A stretch of DNA of 64,000 bases from an uncultured Chloroflexia bacterium (GTDB taxonomy: Bacteria > Chloroflexota > Dehalococcoidia > Dehalococcoidales > UBA2162). Positions 1 to 12,283 of this stretch are shown here, one piece after another (positions within the stretch are counted from its first letter, which is position 1; every line of letters begins with the position of its first letter). The notes under the pieces are model-generated. The model saw nothing but the letters and a program-made list of their open reading frames with translations. It had not been told where the DNA came from and ran no database searches. A program made the position numbers and the translations under genes. The stretch spans positions 47,442-111,441 of the forward strand of contig CAVTJN010000010.1 in NCBI GenBank assembly GCA_963735055.1. The letters run 5' to 3'.

Positions 1-471
1 ATGAGGGTCGATCGTCTCGAAGTTGGTCACCATGGGCACTTCGCCGGTGGTCATGACATGGTCGCCGAGGACAACCGGCGAGCGGCTCATATTGAACCGG
101 GCGCCGAGACTCTCCAGCGCAGGTTGGGTGAACGGGATGCCGACGAATAGAGGCGGGTGGCCCGCCCGGATGTCGTATTTTGCCGTCCAAACGTCCGGGT
201 GGCAGACGACCTCAACCGTCTTTCCCACCTTCGGGAGCAGGTCGCGCAGCCCTCCGGTGTGGTCGAAATGACCGTGGCTCAGTACGATCTTGTCCACATG
301 GGTCAAGTCCGCGCCGAGGACGCCGGCGTTATGCGCGGCGGAAACTGTCTGGCCGGCATCGAGGAGGATAACTGACGACCCGGCCTCAATCATGACGCTC
401 AGTCCGAGCTCAGCAAGCAGCGCCGGACGGGCAGTCGTGTTCTCGGCCAAAGTGGTGAGGCGTACTTTCAT
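1..471 (-). CDS. MBL-fold metallo-hydrolase (runs off the window edge)
   Basis: Read manually: MKVRLTTLAENT...GLSVMIE...LLDAGQ...VLSHGHFDHTGGL (HxHxDH motif). Not in the ORF track because it has no stop codon in the window. Confidence 0.85.
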   Translation of the reverse strand, partial: MKVRLTTLAENTTARPALLAELGLSVMIEAGSSVILLDAGQTVSAAHNAGVLGADLTHVDKIVLSHGHFDHTGGLRDLLPKVGKTVEVVCHPDVWTAKYDIRAGHPPLFVGIPFTQPALESLGARFNMSRSPVVLGDHVMTTGEVPMVTNFETIDPH

Positions 472-641
472 TGCCTTCTCGCAACGGGATTATAAGGCCA
501 ACTACGGTGGAGTGACAAATCTACACCGCCTATCAGGATTCTCCCGGTCGGGATGCCGGCACTGGATTCCGGACCAAAGGGGGTAATCAGAACAAGCAAG
601 AGCCCTGAAGGAATGATGATGAGGATGGTGGAAGAAAGAGG

Positions 642-1310
642 CTAGGGTTCGTCGTCGCCGAGCGATTGCCGGAGGGCCGGTTCGGCGTCCGCCGACGTGG
701 CCGCGATGACCTGGTCATCAGCCTGGAGGACGGTGTCGGCGGAGGGGACAAACGGTCTGATGCCTTTGCGGACGATGAGAGAGAGAACGGTGCCTGCCGG
801 CAACGAAAGCGCTTTGATCGCCTTGCCGACCGAGCGCGAATGCGGCTGGATCCTGACTTCGACTATCTCAAGGCCGCGATCACTGATGGTCAGCAGATGG
901 GTGAGCGGATGAGTGGGAACCTCGGCCTCGATGTTCTCGAGAATGACATTGGTGCTGACCACCGGGATGTCGATGCCGAGTTTCTTGAACAGGGCAGCGT
1001 TCTTGGGATTGACTACCCGGGCGACGGTCCTAGGTACTTTGAACCGGTGCTTGGCAAGCTGACAGGCGACGAGGTTATCTTCGTCGTCCCCGGTGACGGC
1101 GATCATCATGTCGGCGCGGTTGGTACCGATATCGGCGAGGACCGCGACTTCAGAGCCGTCGCCGCGGATGCATACACTTCCCAACTCGTCGTTGATAGCG
1201 TCGCAGATGGCGGCATCCTTTTCCACCAGCGCCACCTCATGTTTCTCATCGAGCAAAGCCTTGGTGAGATAGTACCCCACCCGTCCACCGCCAACAACCA
1301 CGATATACAT
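642..1310 (-). CDS. trkA: TrkA/KtrA-family potassium uptake regulatory protein (RCK_N + RCK_C)
   Basis: Rossmann motif VVGGGRVG, TGDDEDNLVACQLAK, and a C-terminal RCK_C domain (VGKAIKALSLP...PSADTVLQADD). Confidence 0.9.
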   Translation of the reverse strand: MYIVVVGGGRVGYYLTKALLDEKHEVALVEKDAAICDAINDELGSVCIRGDGSEVAVLADIGTNRADMMIAVTGDDEDNLVACQLAKHRFKVPRTVARVVNPKNAALFKKLGIDIPVVSTNVILENIEAEVPTHPLTHLLTISDRGLEIVEVRIQPHSRSVGKAIKALSLPAGTVLSLIVRKGIRPFVPSADTVLQADDQVIAATSADAEPALRQSLGDDEP

Positions 1311-1715
1311 TACCTGCTCTTCTCTACCTGTTCACGTAACAATCCGGCAAATATGGTGGTCGGACTGAACGTCTCAATCCCAAGGGTATCGAACAACTCC
1401 TGCCGCAGGGGATCATCAGACGCGGCATATGACCCGCGGCACGTTGAAGATGTGTTTGGCAATCTGGACAGCCATGATGTTGCGGTTATCGCCCTGGCTG
1501 AGGGCGATGAAGATATTGATGTCTTCGATGCCGGCGCGCCGTAGCGCTTCTCCGTCACAACCATCGCCGACCAGGGCGGTGCCGTGAAACTGGGATGGCA
1601 GCCGGCGGAAGGCATAGGAGTCGGTATCCAGGATGGTAACCTGGTGGCCGTCGGCATCGAGCAGGCCGGCAAGCTGGGCGCCGAGCCGACCACACCCCAT
1701 GATGAGTATCTTCAT
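1310..1715 (-). CDS. Short TrkA-family protein (RCK_N only), frameshifted near 1417
   Basis: MKILIMGCGRLGAQLA...GDNRNIMAVQIAK...VICRV continues in another frame as DPLRQELFDTLG. Removing one base restores V-Y-D-P-L-R. Confidence 0.8.
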
Positions 1716-1743
1716 GATGTCGCGCCTGATTCTGGATTCACGC

Positions 1744-2190
1744 CTAGTCTCGCACCTGATATAGTATAACACGCTTGGGTGCGTTTCTCAGGACGTAGGG
1801 AATCACGCTGCCGAGACTGAATTGGCCGAAGCTCTTCTTATATTCGACGCCCATGAGGATGAGGTCCACCTCGCGTTCAACGGCTTCGTCGACAATGGTC
1901 GGGCCGGCTTCCCTCGCCTGAAGCAGGTCGGTCTCCAACTCGTACTCCTGCTCTTCCGCAACGCTTTCAGCTCGATTCAGGATCGCCTCACCATGCTTGA
2001 TTTCTGCGTCCAATTCGGCATCGAGGGGAAGGCTGCGCCGGACCGTGATGACGTGAACGGCAAAGATCTTGCCTTTGGTCTTCTTTGCCAGGCGGCAGGC
2101 GAGCCTGACGGCTTCGTCGTCCGCTTTGGTGCCGCCAACGGGCACGAGAATCCGATCGAAATCCGTAGTCGGCGATTTCATGACAGGCAA
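1744..2190 (-). CDS. Universal stress protein (UspA domain)
   Basis: RILVPVGG...AVHVI...IVDEAVEREVDLILMG...LGSVIPYVLRNAP is a typical USP fold. Confidence 0.9.
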   Translation of the reverse strand: MPVMKSPTTDFDRILVPVGGTKADDEAVRLACRLAKKTKGKIFAVHVITVRRSLPLDAELDAEIKHGEAILNRAESVAEEQEYELETDLLQAREAGPTIVDEAVEREVDLILMGVEYKKSFGQFSLGSVIPYVLRNAPKRVILYQVRD

Positions 2191-2265
2191 GGGGTATTAT
2201 AGTCGGCCTGTCAAGAATAGACAATAGACGTGGGTCACGAGACGAGTCAGGCTCGGAGGAGGGCT

Positions 2266-2294
2266 TTGACAGTCGCCAATATTCGGGTTAGAAT
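2266..2294 (+). promoter_or_regulatory. Sigma70-type promoter of the APC permease
   Basis: TTGACA-17 nt-TAGAAT, 8 nt upstream of ATG 2303. A divergent TTGTCT-17-TATAAT promoter faces the USP gene. Confidence 0.7.
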
Positions 2295-2302
2295 TCGGGC
2301 AA

Positions 2303-3919
2303 ATGCCGCCTGCACAGGAAGGATCGCGGGCAGGACGACGGCATTCGAAGGTGAACGTGGGCGAGTCCTGGCAAGCGAAACCGGCGGACAGGTTCGTGCG
2401 GCCGCGCCGGATCAGGCCGTTCAGGCTGCGGCGTGTTCTCGGCATTCCCGGTCTTTTTAGTATCGGCTACGGTGACGTAGGCTCTTCAATCTACTACGCC
2501 CTGGGAGTAATCGCTCTGGTGGCGCTTGGGGCCACGCCGATCGCTCTCGGCGTGGCGGGACTGGTCTACATCTTCAACGCGCTCACCTATGCCGAGGGCT
2601 CGGCGATGATCCCTGCCGGCGGTGGCTCCACAGCTTACGCGCGGCTGGCTTTCAACGACCTGGTCGGTTTTGTGTCCGGCTGGGCGCTGATGCTGACCTA
2701 TGTCGTCACCGTGGCCATCGCCGCCTACACCATTCCCCCCTACCTCAGCTACTTCTGGCCGATATTGAGTCAGCCAGTGCCGGGTACGTTCGCCTCCATG
2801 GGCGTGGTCATCTTTCTCATGGGGATCAACGTGGCGGGGGTGGGTGAGTGGTCGGGGCTGAATATCCTGCTGGTAACGGTCGATATCGTTACTCAGCTCA
2901 CGCTGATCGTGCTCGGTGTGCTCCTCATCTTTATGCCGAATCCCGGAATTCTGTTCGAGCACATGTTTGGTCCCGGCAACTGGCCATCCGCGGGCAGCCT
3001 GGTGTTCGGCATCGCGATCGCTGCCCTCGGTTTTACGGGCGTGGAGTCGGTGGCCCAGCACAGTGAGGAGACGCGGCGTCCCGAAAGAAAGATGCCGCAG
3101 ACCTACATTCTCATGGTGGTCACGGTGCTCGTCCTCTTTGCCGGAGTATCACTGGTTGCTCTCACCGCGATGACGCCGCAGCAGTTGGGCGATCCGGAAA
3201 TGGGCTGGGCGAGGAACCCGGTGGCCGGTATCGCTCAGTCGGTAGCCACGGCGATCGTTCCCGAGACGATCGCCAGCGGGATCCAATCGGAATCAGTCAG
3301 ACACATCATCGTGCGTGTGGTCGCTGGCTTCCGGGATGTCCTGCCCGGTCTCGTGGGTGTGCTGGCGGCCGGGATTCTGCTCATGGCGACAAACACAGGT
3401 ATTCTGGGAATTGCGCGCCTGACCTACAGTCTGTCGAAACAGCGGCAGTTGCCTGCCACGTTGAGCCGCATTCACCACCGCTTCCGCACCCCCTATCTGG
3501 CCGTGATCGTGTTCTGCATCGTGGCGGTAGTGGTGCTGGTCCCCGGTTTCCGGGGGGGCGGGTTTTTTGCGGACCTGGCCGCCCTGTACGTCTTCGGTTC
3601 GCTCATCGTCTTCGCGTCGGCCCATGCGTCCATTCTGCGACTGAGAATCATCAGTCCATCGCGGCCTCGGCCGTTCCGGCTGCCGGGCAATATCCGGTTG
3701 CGCGGCTATGAGTTTCCGGTCACGGCAGTCCTTGGGCTTCTGTTCACGTCGATCATCTGGTGGATAGTGGTTGTTGTCCAACCCTACAGTTGGTGGATTG
3801 GCGTTGCCTGGCTGGCCACCGGATTGCTGGGCTACTACCTGTACCGGAAGAGCCAGGGTCTGTCGCTCCTCCGGTCGCCGCCGGCTGCGGGGGAAGAAGG
3901 CGAAAGAACCGGGCAGTAG
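2303..3919 (+). CDS. APC-superfamily permease, KUP/KimA-like
   Basis: About 12 hydrophobic segments, TM1 motif YGDVGSSIYY, ALTYAEG, FTGVESVAQHSEE, RFRTPY. Confidence 0.85.
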   Translation: MPPAQEGSRAGRRHSKVNVGESWQAKPADRFVRPRRIRPFRLRRVLGIPGLFSIGYGDVGSSIYYALGVIALVALGATPIALGVAGLVYIFNALTYAEGSAMIPAGGGSTAYARLAFNDLVGFVSGWALMLTYVVTVAIAAYTIPPYLSYFWPILSQPVPGTFASMGVVIFLMGINVAGVGEWSGLNILLVTVDIVTQLTLIVLGVLLIFMPNPGILFEHMFGPGNWPSAGSLVFGIAIAALGFTGVESVAQHSEETRRPERKMPQTYILMVVTVLVLFAGVSLVALTAMTPQQLGDPEMGWARNPVAGIAQSVATAIVPETIASGIQSESVRHIIVRVVAGFRDVLPGLVGVLAAGILLMATNTGILGIARLTYSLSKQRQLPATLSRIHHRFRTPYLAVIVFCIVAVVVLVPGFRGGGFFADLAALYVFGSLIVFASAHASILRLRIISPSRPRPFRLPGNIRLRGYEFPVTAVLGLLFTSIIWWIVVVVQPYSWWIGVAWLATGLLGYYLYRKSQGLSLLRSPPAAGEEGERTGQ

Positions 3920-3984
3920 CTCAGATGCATTGAGCAGGGTTTTGTGCTAATATGGACGCAGAGACCCGAATTACCGCCGGTCTA

Positions 3985-4013
3985 TTGACAACGTTTTTTG
4001 CTTGTGGTATATT
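3985..4013 (+). promoter_or_regulatory. rRNA (23S-5S) promoter
   Basis: TTGACA-17 nt-TATATT with an extended -10 TG. Confidence 0.75.
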
Positions 4014-4177
4014 CGTGTTATTGATGAGGAATCTGCGCACATAAAGTAGCGTTTCCGGTGATGAAGACCAGGCAAAGCGGCTTGGTGATGAATCGCCAAG
4101 CCGCTTTTGTGTGTCTGCGAACCTTAAAAACTGAATAGGGTCGTTGTTGTTCTGTTTCTAATATCAAATCTGAAGCA

Positions 4178-7155
<2,978 letters not shown>

Positions 7156-7300
7156 TGCTTCAGAGTTGATATTAGAATGACAATAGACGGTCCGGCAGTG
7201 CCGGGCATTTTCAGGGCTATTGCCCGTTACGGGCTAAGACCCTTTTAACAATCAACAACAGGCTTTAAATCGGATATCTAGTTAGCCAAGCCGTAAGAGC

Positions 7301-7421
7301 CTCTTGGTGGTAAGAGCGAGGTGGAACCACCCGTTCCCATCCCGAACACGGAAGTGAAACACCCCAGCGCAGACGATACTGAGAAGGCAGCTTCTTGTGG
7401 AAAATATGCCACCGCCAAGAG
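7301..7421 (+). rRNA. rrf: 5S ribosomal RNA
   Basis: CCACCCGTTCCCATCCCGAACACGGAAGTGAAAC core; ends CTCTTGGTGG / CCGCCAAGAG pair. Confidence 0.97.
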
Positions 7422-7456
7422 GCTTTTTGCGTCTCTGCCGCGATCGTGTCTGGGTG

Positions 7457-7486
7457 TTTGACGTCTGACCTCCTTTGACCTATAAT
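7457..7486 (+). promoter_or_regulatory. clpC promoter overlapped by CtsR-like heptad repeats
   Basis: TTGACG-17-TATAAT; heptads TTTGACG, TCTGACC, (tcc) TTTGACC. Confidence 0.65.
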
Positions 7487-7533
7487 TGGAGGTATCCGGG
7501 AGAACGATCCGCACAGGCTTCTAAGGAGACAAT

Positions 7534-10011
7534 ATGACTAGCCGATTTGAAAAGTTTACGGAACGGGCCCGTCGGGTTCTTACGGCTGCCCAGGAAGAAG
7601 CGCAGCATCTCAATCACAACTACATAGGCACCGAGCATATACTGCTCGGGCTCATCAGGGAAGAGGAAGGGGTGGCGGCCAAAGTCCTTATCAGCATGGG
7701 CGTAACCCTGAGTAAAGTTCGTTCGGCGGTCGAGTATATTATCGGCCGGGGCGAGAAGGCTACTACCGGCGAGATCGGACTGACCCCGAGAGCGAAACGG
7801 GTGATCGAGTTGGCCATCGATGAGGCGCGCCGACTCGGCCACAACTACATCGGAACCGAACATCTCCTGCTTGGGTTACTGCACGAAGGTGAAGGTGTCG
7901 CCGCCGGGGTTCTCGAGAGCTTTGGAATTACCCTGGAGCAGGCGCGCGCCGAAGTTGTTCGAGCGTTGAGTCAGAGCGCCACGCGGCCGAAGCCGGCCCG
8001 GGCAGCCTCTAACCGCACTCCGCTACTCGACCAGTTGGGGGTGGACCTTACGGCCGCCTCCAAGGCCGGGAAACTCGACCCTGTGGTCGGACGCGAAAAG
8101 GAAATCGGCCGTGTCATCCAGATCTTGAGCCGCAGGACCAAGAACAATCCGGCACTGATCGGTGAACCCGGGGTGGGGAAGACAGCGATTGTGGAGGGCC
8201 TGGCGCACCGGATCGCGTCGGGAGACGTACCGGAGACGCTCGAGGATAAGCGGATCATCACTCTCGACATGGCGGGTATCGTTGCCGGGACCAAGTACCG
8301 CGGCGAGTTCGAAGAGCGGCTTAAGAAGATCATTGAAGAGATCAAAGCCAGCGGGAACTGCATTCTGTTCGTCGACGAATTCCACACGATTGTGGGCGCG
8401 GGAGCAGCCGAAGGGGCAGTCGACGCCGCCAGCATCTTGAAGCCGTCTCTTGCCAGGGGTGAGATCCGTTGCATCGGGGCGACAACGCTCGATGACTATC
8501 GGAAGCACGTAGAACGCGACCCGGCGCTCGAGCGGAGGTTCCAGCCCGTAGTGGTCGAGGAGCCTTCGATTGAAGACTCGATAGAGATCCTTCGGGGCAT
8601 CAAGTCACGCTACGAGGAGCACCACAAACTGCAGATAAGCGATGAGGCCCTCAAGGCGGCCGCGACGCTGGCTTCGCGCTACATACCGGACAGGTTTTTG
8701 CCGGACAAGGCGATAGACCTTATTGACGAAGCCTCGTCGCGTAAGAGAATCAAGTTTGGAAGTCTGCCTTCTTCGGTGAAGAAGCTGAGGGAATCCGAAG
8801 AGCGTTTCCGCAAAGAGAAGGAATCTGCGCTGGCCGATCAGAAGTACGATCAGGCGGCCGAGTTGAGACAGAAAGAAGTGAAGGCCGAGGAAGAGCGGAA
8901 GAAGATCGAGGAAGACTGGCAGATTGACAAAGAGAAGAACCGGGCCGAGGTGACCAAAGAGGATATCGCCGAAGTGGTAAGCATGTGGACGGGTATCCCG
9001 GCGGTGCAACTGACCGGCGATGAGACTGCCCGGCTGCTTCACATGGAAGATGCGCTGCACAAGCGCATTATCAGCCAGGACGAGGCGATTGAAGTAATAT
9101 CTAAAGCGGTTAGAAGGGCCAGGGCGGGGCTAAAAGACCCGAAGCGGCCAATTGGTAACTTCATCTTCCTCGGACCGACGGGCGTCGGGAAGACCGAACT
9201 GGTCAAGGCCTTGGCGGAGTTCATGTTCGGCGCGGAAGATACCATGATTCGCCTTGACATGTCTGAGTACCAGGAGAGGCACACGGTTTCGCGTATGGTG
9301 GGAGCCCCGCCCGGATACATTGGTTACGATGAGGGTGGGCAACTTACCGAGGCAGTGAGACGGAAGCCCTACTCGGCGGTGTTGCTTGACGAGATTGAAA
9401 AGGCGCACCCCGACGTGTTCAACATTCTTCTGCAGATATTCGATGATGGTCATCTGACCGATTCGCGGGGACGGAAGGTCGACTTCCGGAACACCATTAT
9501 CGTGATGACAAGTAACATCGGAGCCGAGCTGATCCGGAAGCGAAGTACGATCGGCTTTTCGCCTCAGGGTGATGATGCCAAGGCGCAGCAGAAAAGCTAC
9601 GAAGGCATGAAGGACAGGTTGCTGGATGAGCTGAAGAAGACCTTCCGGCCCGAGTTCCTGAACAGGATCGATGGCGTGGTCGTGTTCCATGCGCTGAACC
9701 GGGAGCAGATTCGCCAGATCGTGGACCTGATGCTGTCGGTTGTTTCCAAGCAACTTGCGGAAAGGTCGATTAAGCTTGAGGTCACCGAAGCCGCAAAGGA
9801 CTTGATCGGCGAGAAGGGATATGACGAGGTGTTTGGAGCCCGTCCGTTACGCAGGGTCATTCAGAACATGATTGAGGACAAGCTGTCGGACAGCCTGTTG
9901 CGGGGGCACCTGCGCGAGGGTGATACGGCAGTGGTGGACCGCGAAGGTGATGACGTTGTGGTGCACAGCGGAACGGCCGTTGGAGCCCTGGCCGGGAATG
10001 AGAAGTCATAG
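7534..10011 (+). CDS. clpC: ATP-dependent Clp protease ATP-binding subunit ClpC
   Basis: Two Clp_N repeats, Walker A motifs GEPGVGKT and GPTGVGKT, short coiled-coil M domain, GARPLRR. Confidence 0.95.
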   Translation: MTSRFEKFTERARRVLTAAQEEAQHLNHNYIGTEHILLGLIREEEGVAAKVLISMGVTLSKVRSAVEYIIGRGEKATTGEIGLTPRAKRVIELAIDEARRLGHNYIGTEHLLLGLLHEGEGVAAGVLESFGITLEQARAEVVRALSQSATRPKPARAASNRTPLLDQLGVDLTAASKAGKLDPVVGREKEIGRVIQILSRRTKNNPALIGEPGVGKTAIVEGLAHRIASGDVPETLEDKRIITLDMAGIVAGTKYRGEFEERLKKIIEEIKASGNCILFVDEFHTIVGAGAAEGAVDAASILKPSLARGEIRCIGATTLDDYRKHVERDPALERRFQPVVVEEPSIEDSIEILRGIKSRYEEHHKLQISDEALKAAATLASRYIPDRFLPDKAIDLIDEASSRKRIKFGSLPSSVKKLRESEERFRKEKESALADQKYDQAAELRQKEVKAEEERKKIEEDWQIDKEKNRAEVTKEDIAEVVSMWTGIPAVQLTGDETARLLHMEDALHKRIISQDEAIEVISKAVRRARAGLKDPKRPIGNFIFLGPTGVGKTELVKALAEFMFGAEDTMIRLDMSEYQERHTVSRMVGAPPGYIGYDEGGQLTEAVRRKPYSAVLLDEIEKAHPDVFNILLQIFDDGHLTDSRGRKVDFRNTIIVMTSNIGAELIRKRSTIGFSPQGDDAKAQQKSYEGMKDRLLDELKKTFRPEFLNRIDGVVVFHALNREQIRQIVDLMLSVVSKQLAERSIKLEVTEAAKDLIGEKGYDEVFGARPLRRVIQNMIEDKLSDSLLRGHLREGDTAVVDREGDDVVVHSGTAVGALAGNEKS

Positions 10012-10040
10012 CTGGCATCTGATTTGAAAGGAGCTTTGAA

Positions 10041-10262
10041 TTGCCGCAAGAAATCGTAGAGGTTCCGATAACGGGGAAGATCATCAGCGTCGAAGCGAAG
10101 GTCGGCGATGCTCTCCAAGAGGGCGATGTCATCTGCACTATTGAAGCGATGAAGATGGAGAACCCAATCGTTGCGCCGGTGGCCGGTAGAGTCGCCGAGG
10201 TGAGGGTGAAGGTGGGCGAGGTAGTAACGAGCGGCAACGTCATCGCAATCATCGACTACTAG
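10041..10262 (+). CDS. Stand-alone biotin carboxyl carrier (biotinyl) domain protein
   Basis: EAMKM biotinylation motif; RBS AAGGAG. Confidence 0.85.
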   Translation: MPQEIVEVPITGKIISVEAKVGDALQEGDVICTIEAMKMENPIVAPVAGRVAEVRVKVGEVVTSGNVIAIIDY

Positions 10263-10284
10263 ACTAGCTGGAGTGCTCAGGTAG

Positions 10285-10330
10285 GGGCCGGGCTGTTCCG
10301 ATCGAGAAGAACAGCCTCGGCCTCTTTTTT
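10285..10330 (+). terminator. Intrinsic terminator after clpC and the biotin carrier
   Basis: GGCCGGGCTGTTC...GAACAGCCTCGGCC stem followed by TCTTTTTT. Confidence 0.7.
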
Positions 10331-10383
10331 GTTGGTCTGAACTGTCCCTTGAACTGCCACCTTAAATCGGATAGAGTCATGCT

Positions 10384-11766
10384 GTGAGCAGAGGGGGAAG
10401 ATCAGCCGGGCGCAACGTGTTTGTGTGCCAGCAATGCGGCAAAGAGAGTCTCCAGTGGCTGGGGCGGTGCCCGTCCTGCCAGCAGTGGAATACGCTGGTC
10501 GAGACCAGGATAGCCCCTTCATCGGAAGGTACCCCCTCCCCCCACCCCGCCAAGCCGGTGACCGAGTTGTCAACGGTTGTGGTCGAAGCGGCCGACCGTC
10601 TGGCGCTTCCGTTGAATGAGTTCAACCGGGTACTCGGTGGGGGGATCGTTCCCGGCTCGCTGGTGTTGATTGGCGGCGAGCCTGGCATCGGTAAATCGAC
10701 TCTCCTGCTCCAGGTATCGGCAATGGTGACCGCGATGAACCGGAGAGTTGTGTATGTTTCGGGAGAGGAGACTCAGAGGCAGATCAAGCTGCGGGCGGAC
10801 CGCCTGGGGATTCGGGGTGAAGGTCTATTTCTGCTCAGCGAGACGGACATCGCGACGGTGGTTGATCAGATGGACGGGTTGTCCCCGGACATGGTGGTAG
10901 TCGACTCTATCCAATCCATGGCAATGTCGGACATAGAGGCGAGTCCGGGAAGCATCGGACAGGTGCGCGAGTGTACCGCCAGACTGATGCAATGGGCCAA
11001 GGCGAGCGGCGTTCCAGTGTTCGTGACGGGGCACGTGACCAAAGAGGGGTCGATCGCCGGGCCGAAGACGCTCGAGCACATCGTGGACGTGGTCTTGTAT
11101 CTTGAAGGGGAGCAGTTCAGCGCCTACCGTTTGCTGCGTTGCGTCAAGAATCGCTTCGGTTCCACCAGCGAAATCGGGGTTTTCGAAATGAAGGAGCGGG
11201 GACTGGCGGAGGTCTCTAATCCTTCGCGGATATTCCTCTCACAGCACACGGCGGACCCGGTGGGCTCAGCGGTAGTCCCCGTCCTGGAGGGAAGCCGGCC
11301 TCTGTTTGTGGAGATACAGGCATTGACTAATCCGACGGCCTTTGGCCTGCCCCGCCGAACGGCCAACGGCATTGACTTCAACCGTCTGCTGCTTGTGGCG
11401 GCGGTACTGTCAAAGCGGGTGGGCCTGAAGCTGGGTAATCAGGATATTCTGGTCAACGTTACCGGTGGGCTGAAGATTGACGAGCCCGCGGCCGACCTGG
11501 GGATCGCTCTAGCCATCGCCTCGAGCTTCCGCGATGCGCCGGTCGACCCGGGGCTGGTGGTTATCGGGGAGGTGGGCCTGAGCGGCGAATTGCGATCGGT
11601 TACCCAGTTGGACCGGCGTGTGAATGAGGCGGCCCGTCTTGGGTTCAAGCGCTGCATCGTTCCGAGAATGGGGGGTGGTCCCCCGCCAGCGCCCCCGGGG
11701 CTTGATATCATCGCCGCCCGCGATCTGAGGGAGGCGGTGAAGGCCGGCATCGGTCCGAACGCCTAA
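10384..11766 (+). CDS. radA: DNA repair protein RadA/Sms
   Basis: CxxC...CxxC zinc finger, [15 protein letters not shown] motif, Lon-like C-terminus. Confidence 0.95.
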   Translation: MSRGGRSAGRNVFVCQQCGKESLQWLGRCPSCQQWNTLVETRIAPSSEGTPSPHPAKPVTELSTVVVEAADRLALPLNEFNRVLGGGIVPGSLVLIGGEPGIGKSTLLLQVSAMVTAMNRRVVYVSGEETQRQIKLRADRLGIRGEGLFLLSETDIATVVDQMDGLSPDMVVVDSIQSMAMSDIEASPGSIGQVRECTARLMQWAKASGVPVFVTGHVTKEGSIAGPKTLEHIVDVVLYLEGEQFSAYRLLRCVKNRFGSTSEIGVFEMKERGLAEVSNPSRIFLSQHTADPVGSAVVPVLEGSRPLFVEIQALTNPTAFGLPRRTANGIDFNRLLLVAAVLSKRVGLKLGNQDILVNVTGGLKIDEPAADLGIALAIASSFRDAPVDPGLVVIGEVGLSGELRSVTQLDRRVNEAARLGFKRCIVPRMGGGPPPAPPGLDIIAARDLREAVKAGIGPNA

Positions 11767-12167
11767 GGACCGCCCGGGTACCGCGCCGTAGCCGTGGTCC
11801 TGATACCGCCACGTTCTCCGAAATCAGCCTCAACCGTCATGGATACCGGCTGTAATACGCGGACCAGGTCGTTAAGTATCCGGTTCACCGCGTGTTCCTG
11901 CAGTATCCCGACGTTGCGGAATGAAGCGAGAAAGTACTTCAAGGACTTGAGCTCAACCAGGCTAGTACCGGGCACGTAGGTGATTGCCAACAGCGCAAAG
12001 TCGGGCAGGCCGGTCCAGGGGCAGACCGAAGTAAATTCGTCGGTTTCATAGACGACCTCGGTGCTGGAGCCGGGGTAGTCGAAAGGGATCGTCTCGAGCA
12101 CGGAAACGTCAATAGCGTCTTCTTTGTAGTTGTCGAACCGCCGCGACGCGTATTTGTCCATCATCAT
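11763..12167 (-). CDS. queF: NADPH-dependent 7-cyano-7-deazaguanine reductase (type I QueF)
   Basis: [14 protein letters not shown] and the QueF motif VELKSLKY. Confidence 0.92.
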   Translation of the reverse strand: MMMDKYASRRFDNYKEDAIDVSVLETIPFDYPGSSTEVVYETDEFTSVCPWTGLPDFALLAITYVPGTSLVELKSLKYFLASFRNVGILQEHAVNRILNDLVRVLQPVSMTVEADFGERGGIRTTATARYPGGP

Positions 12168-12283
12168 GCCCGTTCTCCTTCGGCTCCCATTATTCCCGGC
12201 CTCTCAAGAAGATTCTACCACCATTTGCTTTCCCGGGTGAATCTATGTAAACTTTTTAGCATTGTTCCTGCGGAGCATCAGCT

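Noticed and set aside
12168-12283. preQ1 riboswitch upstream of queF (also checked upstream of folK-queD)
   Set aside because: Short leader after a TGGTAGAAT promoter, with no preQ1 hairpin or A-rich tail.
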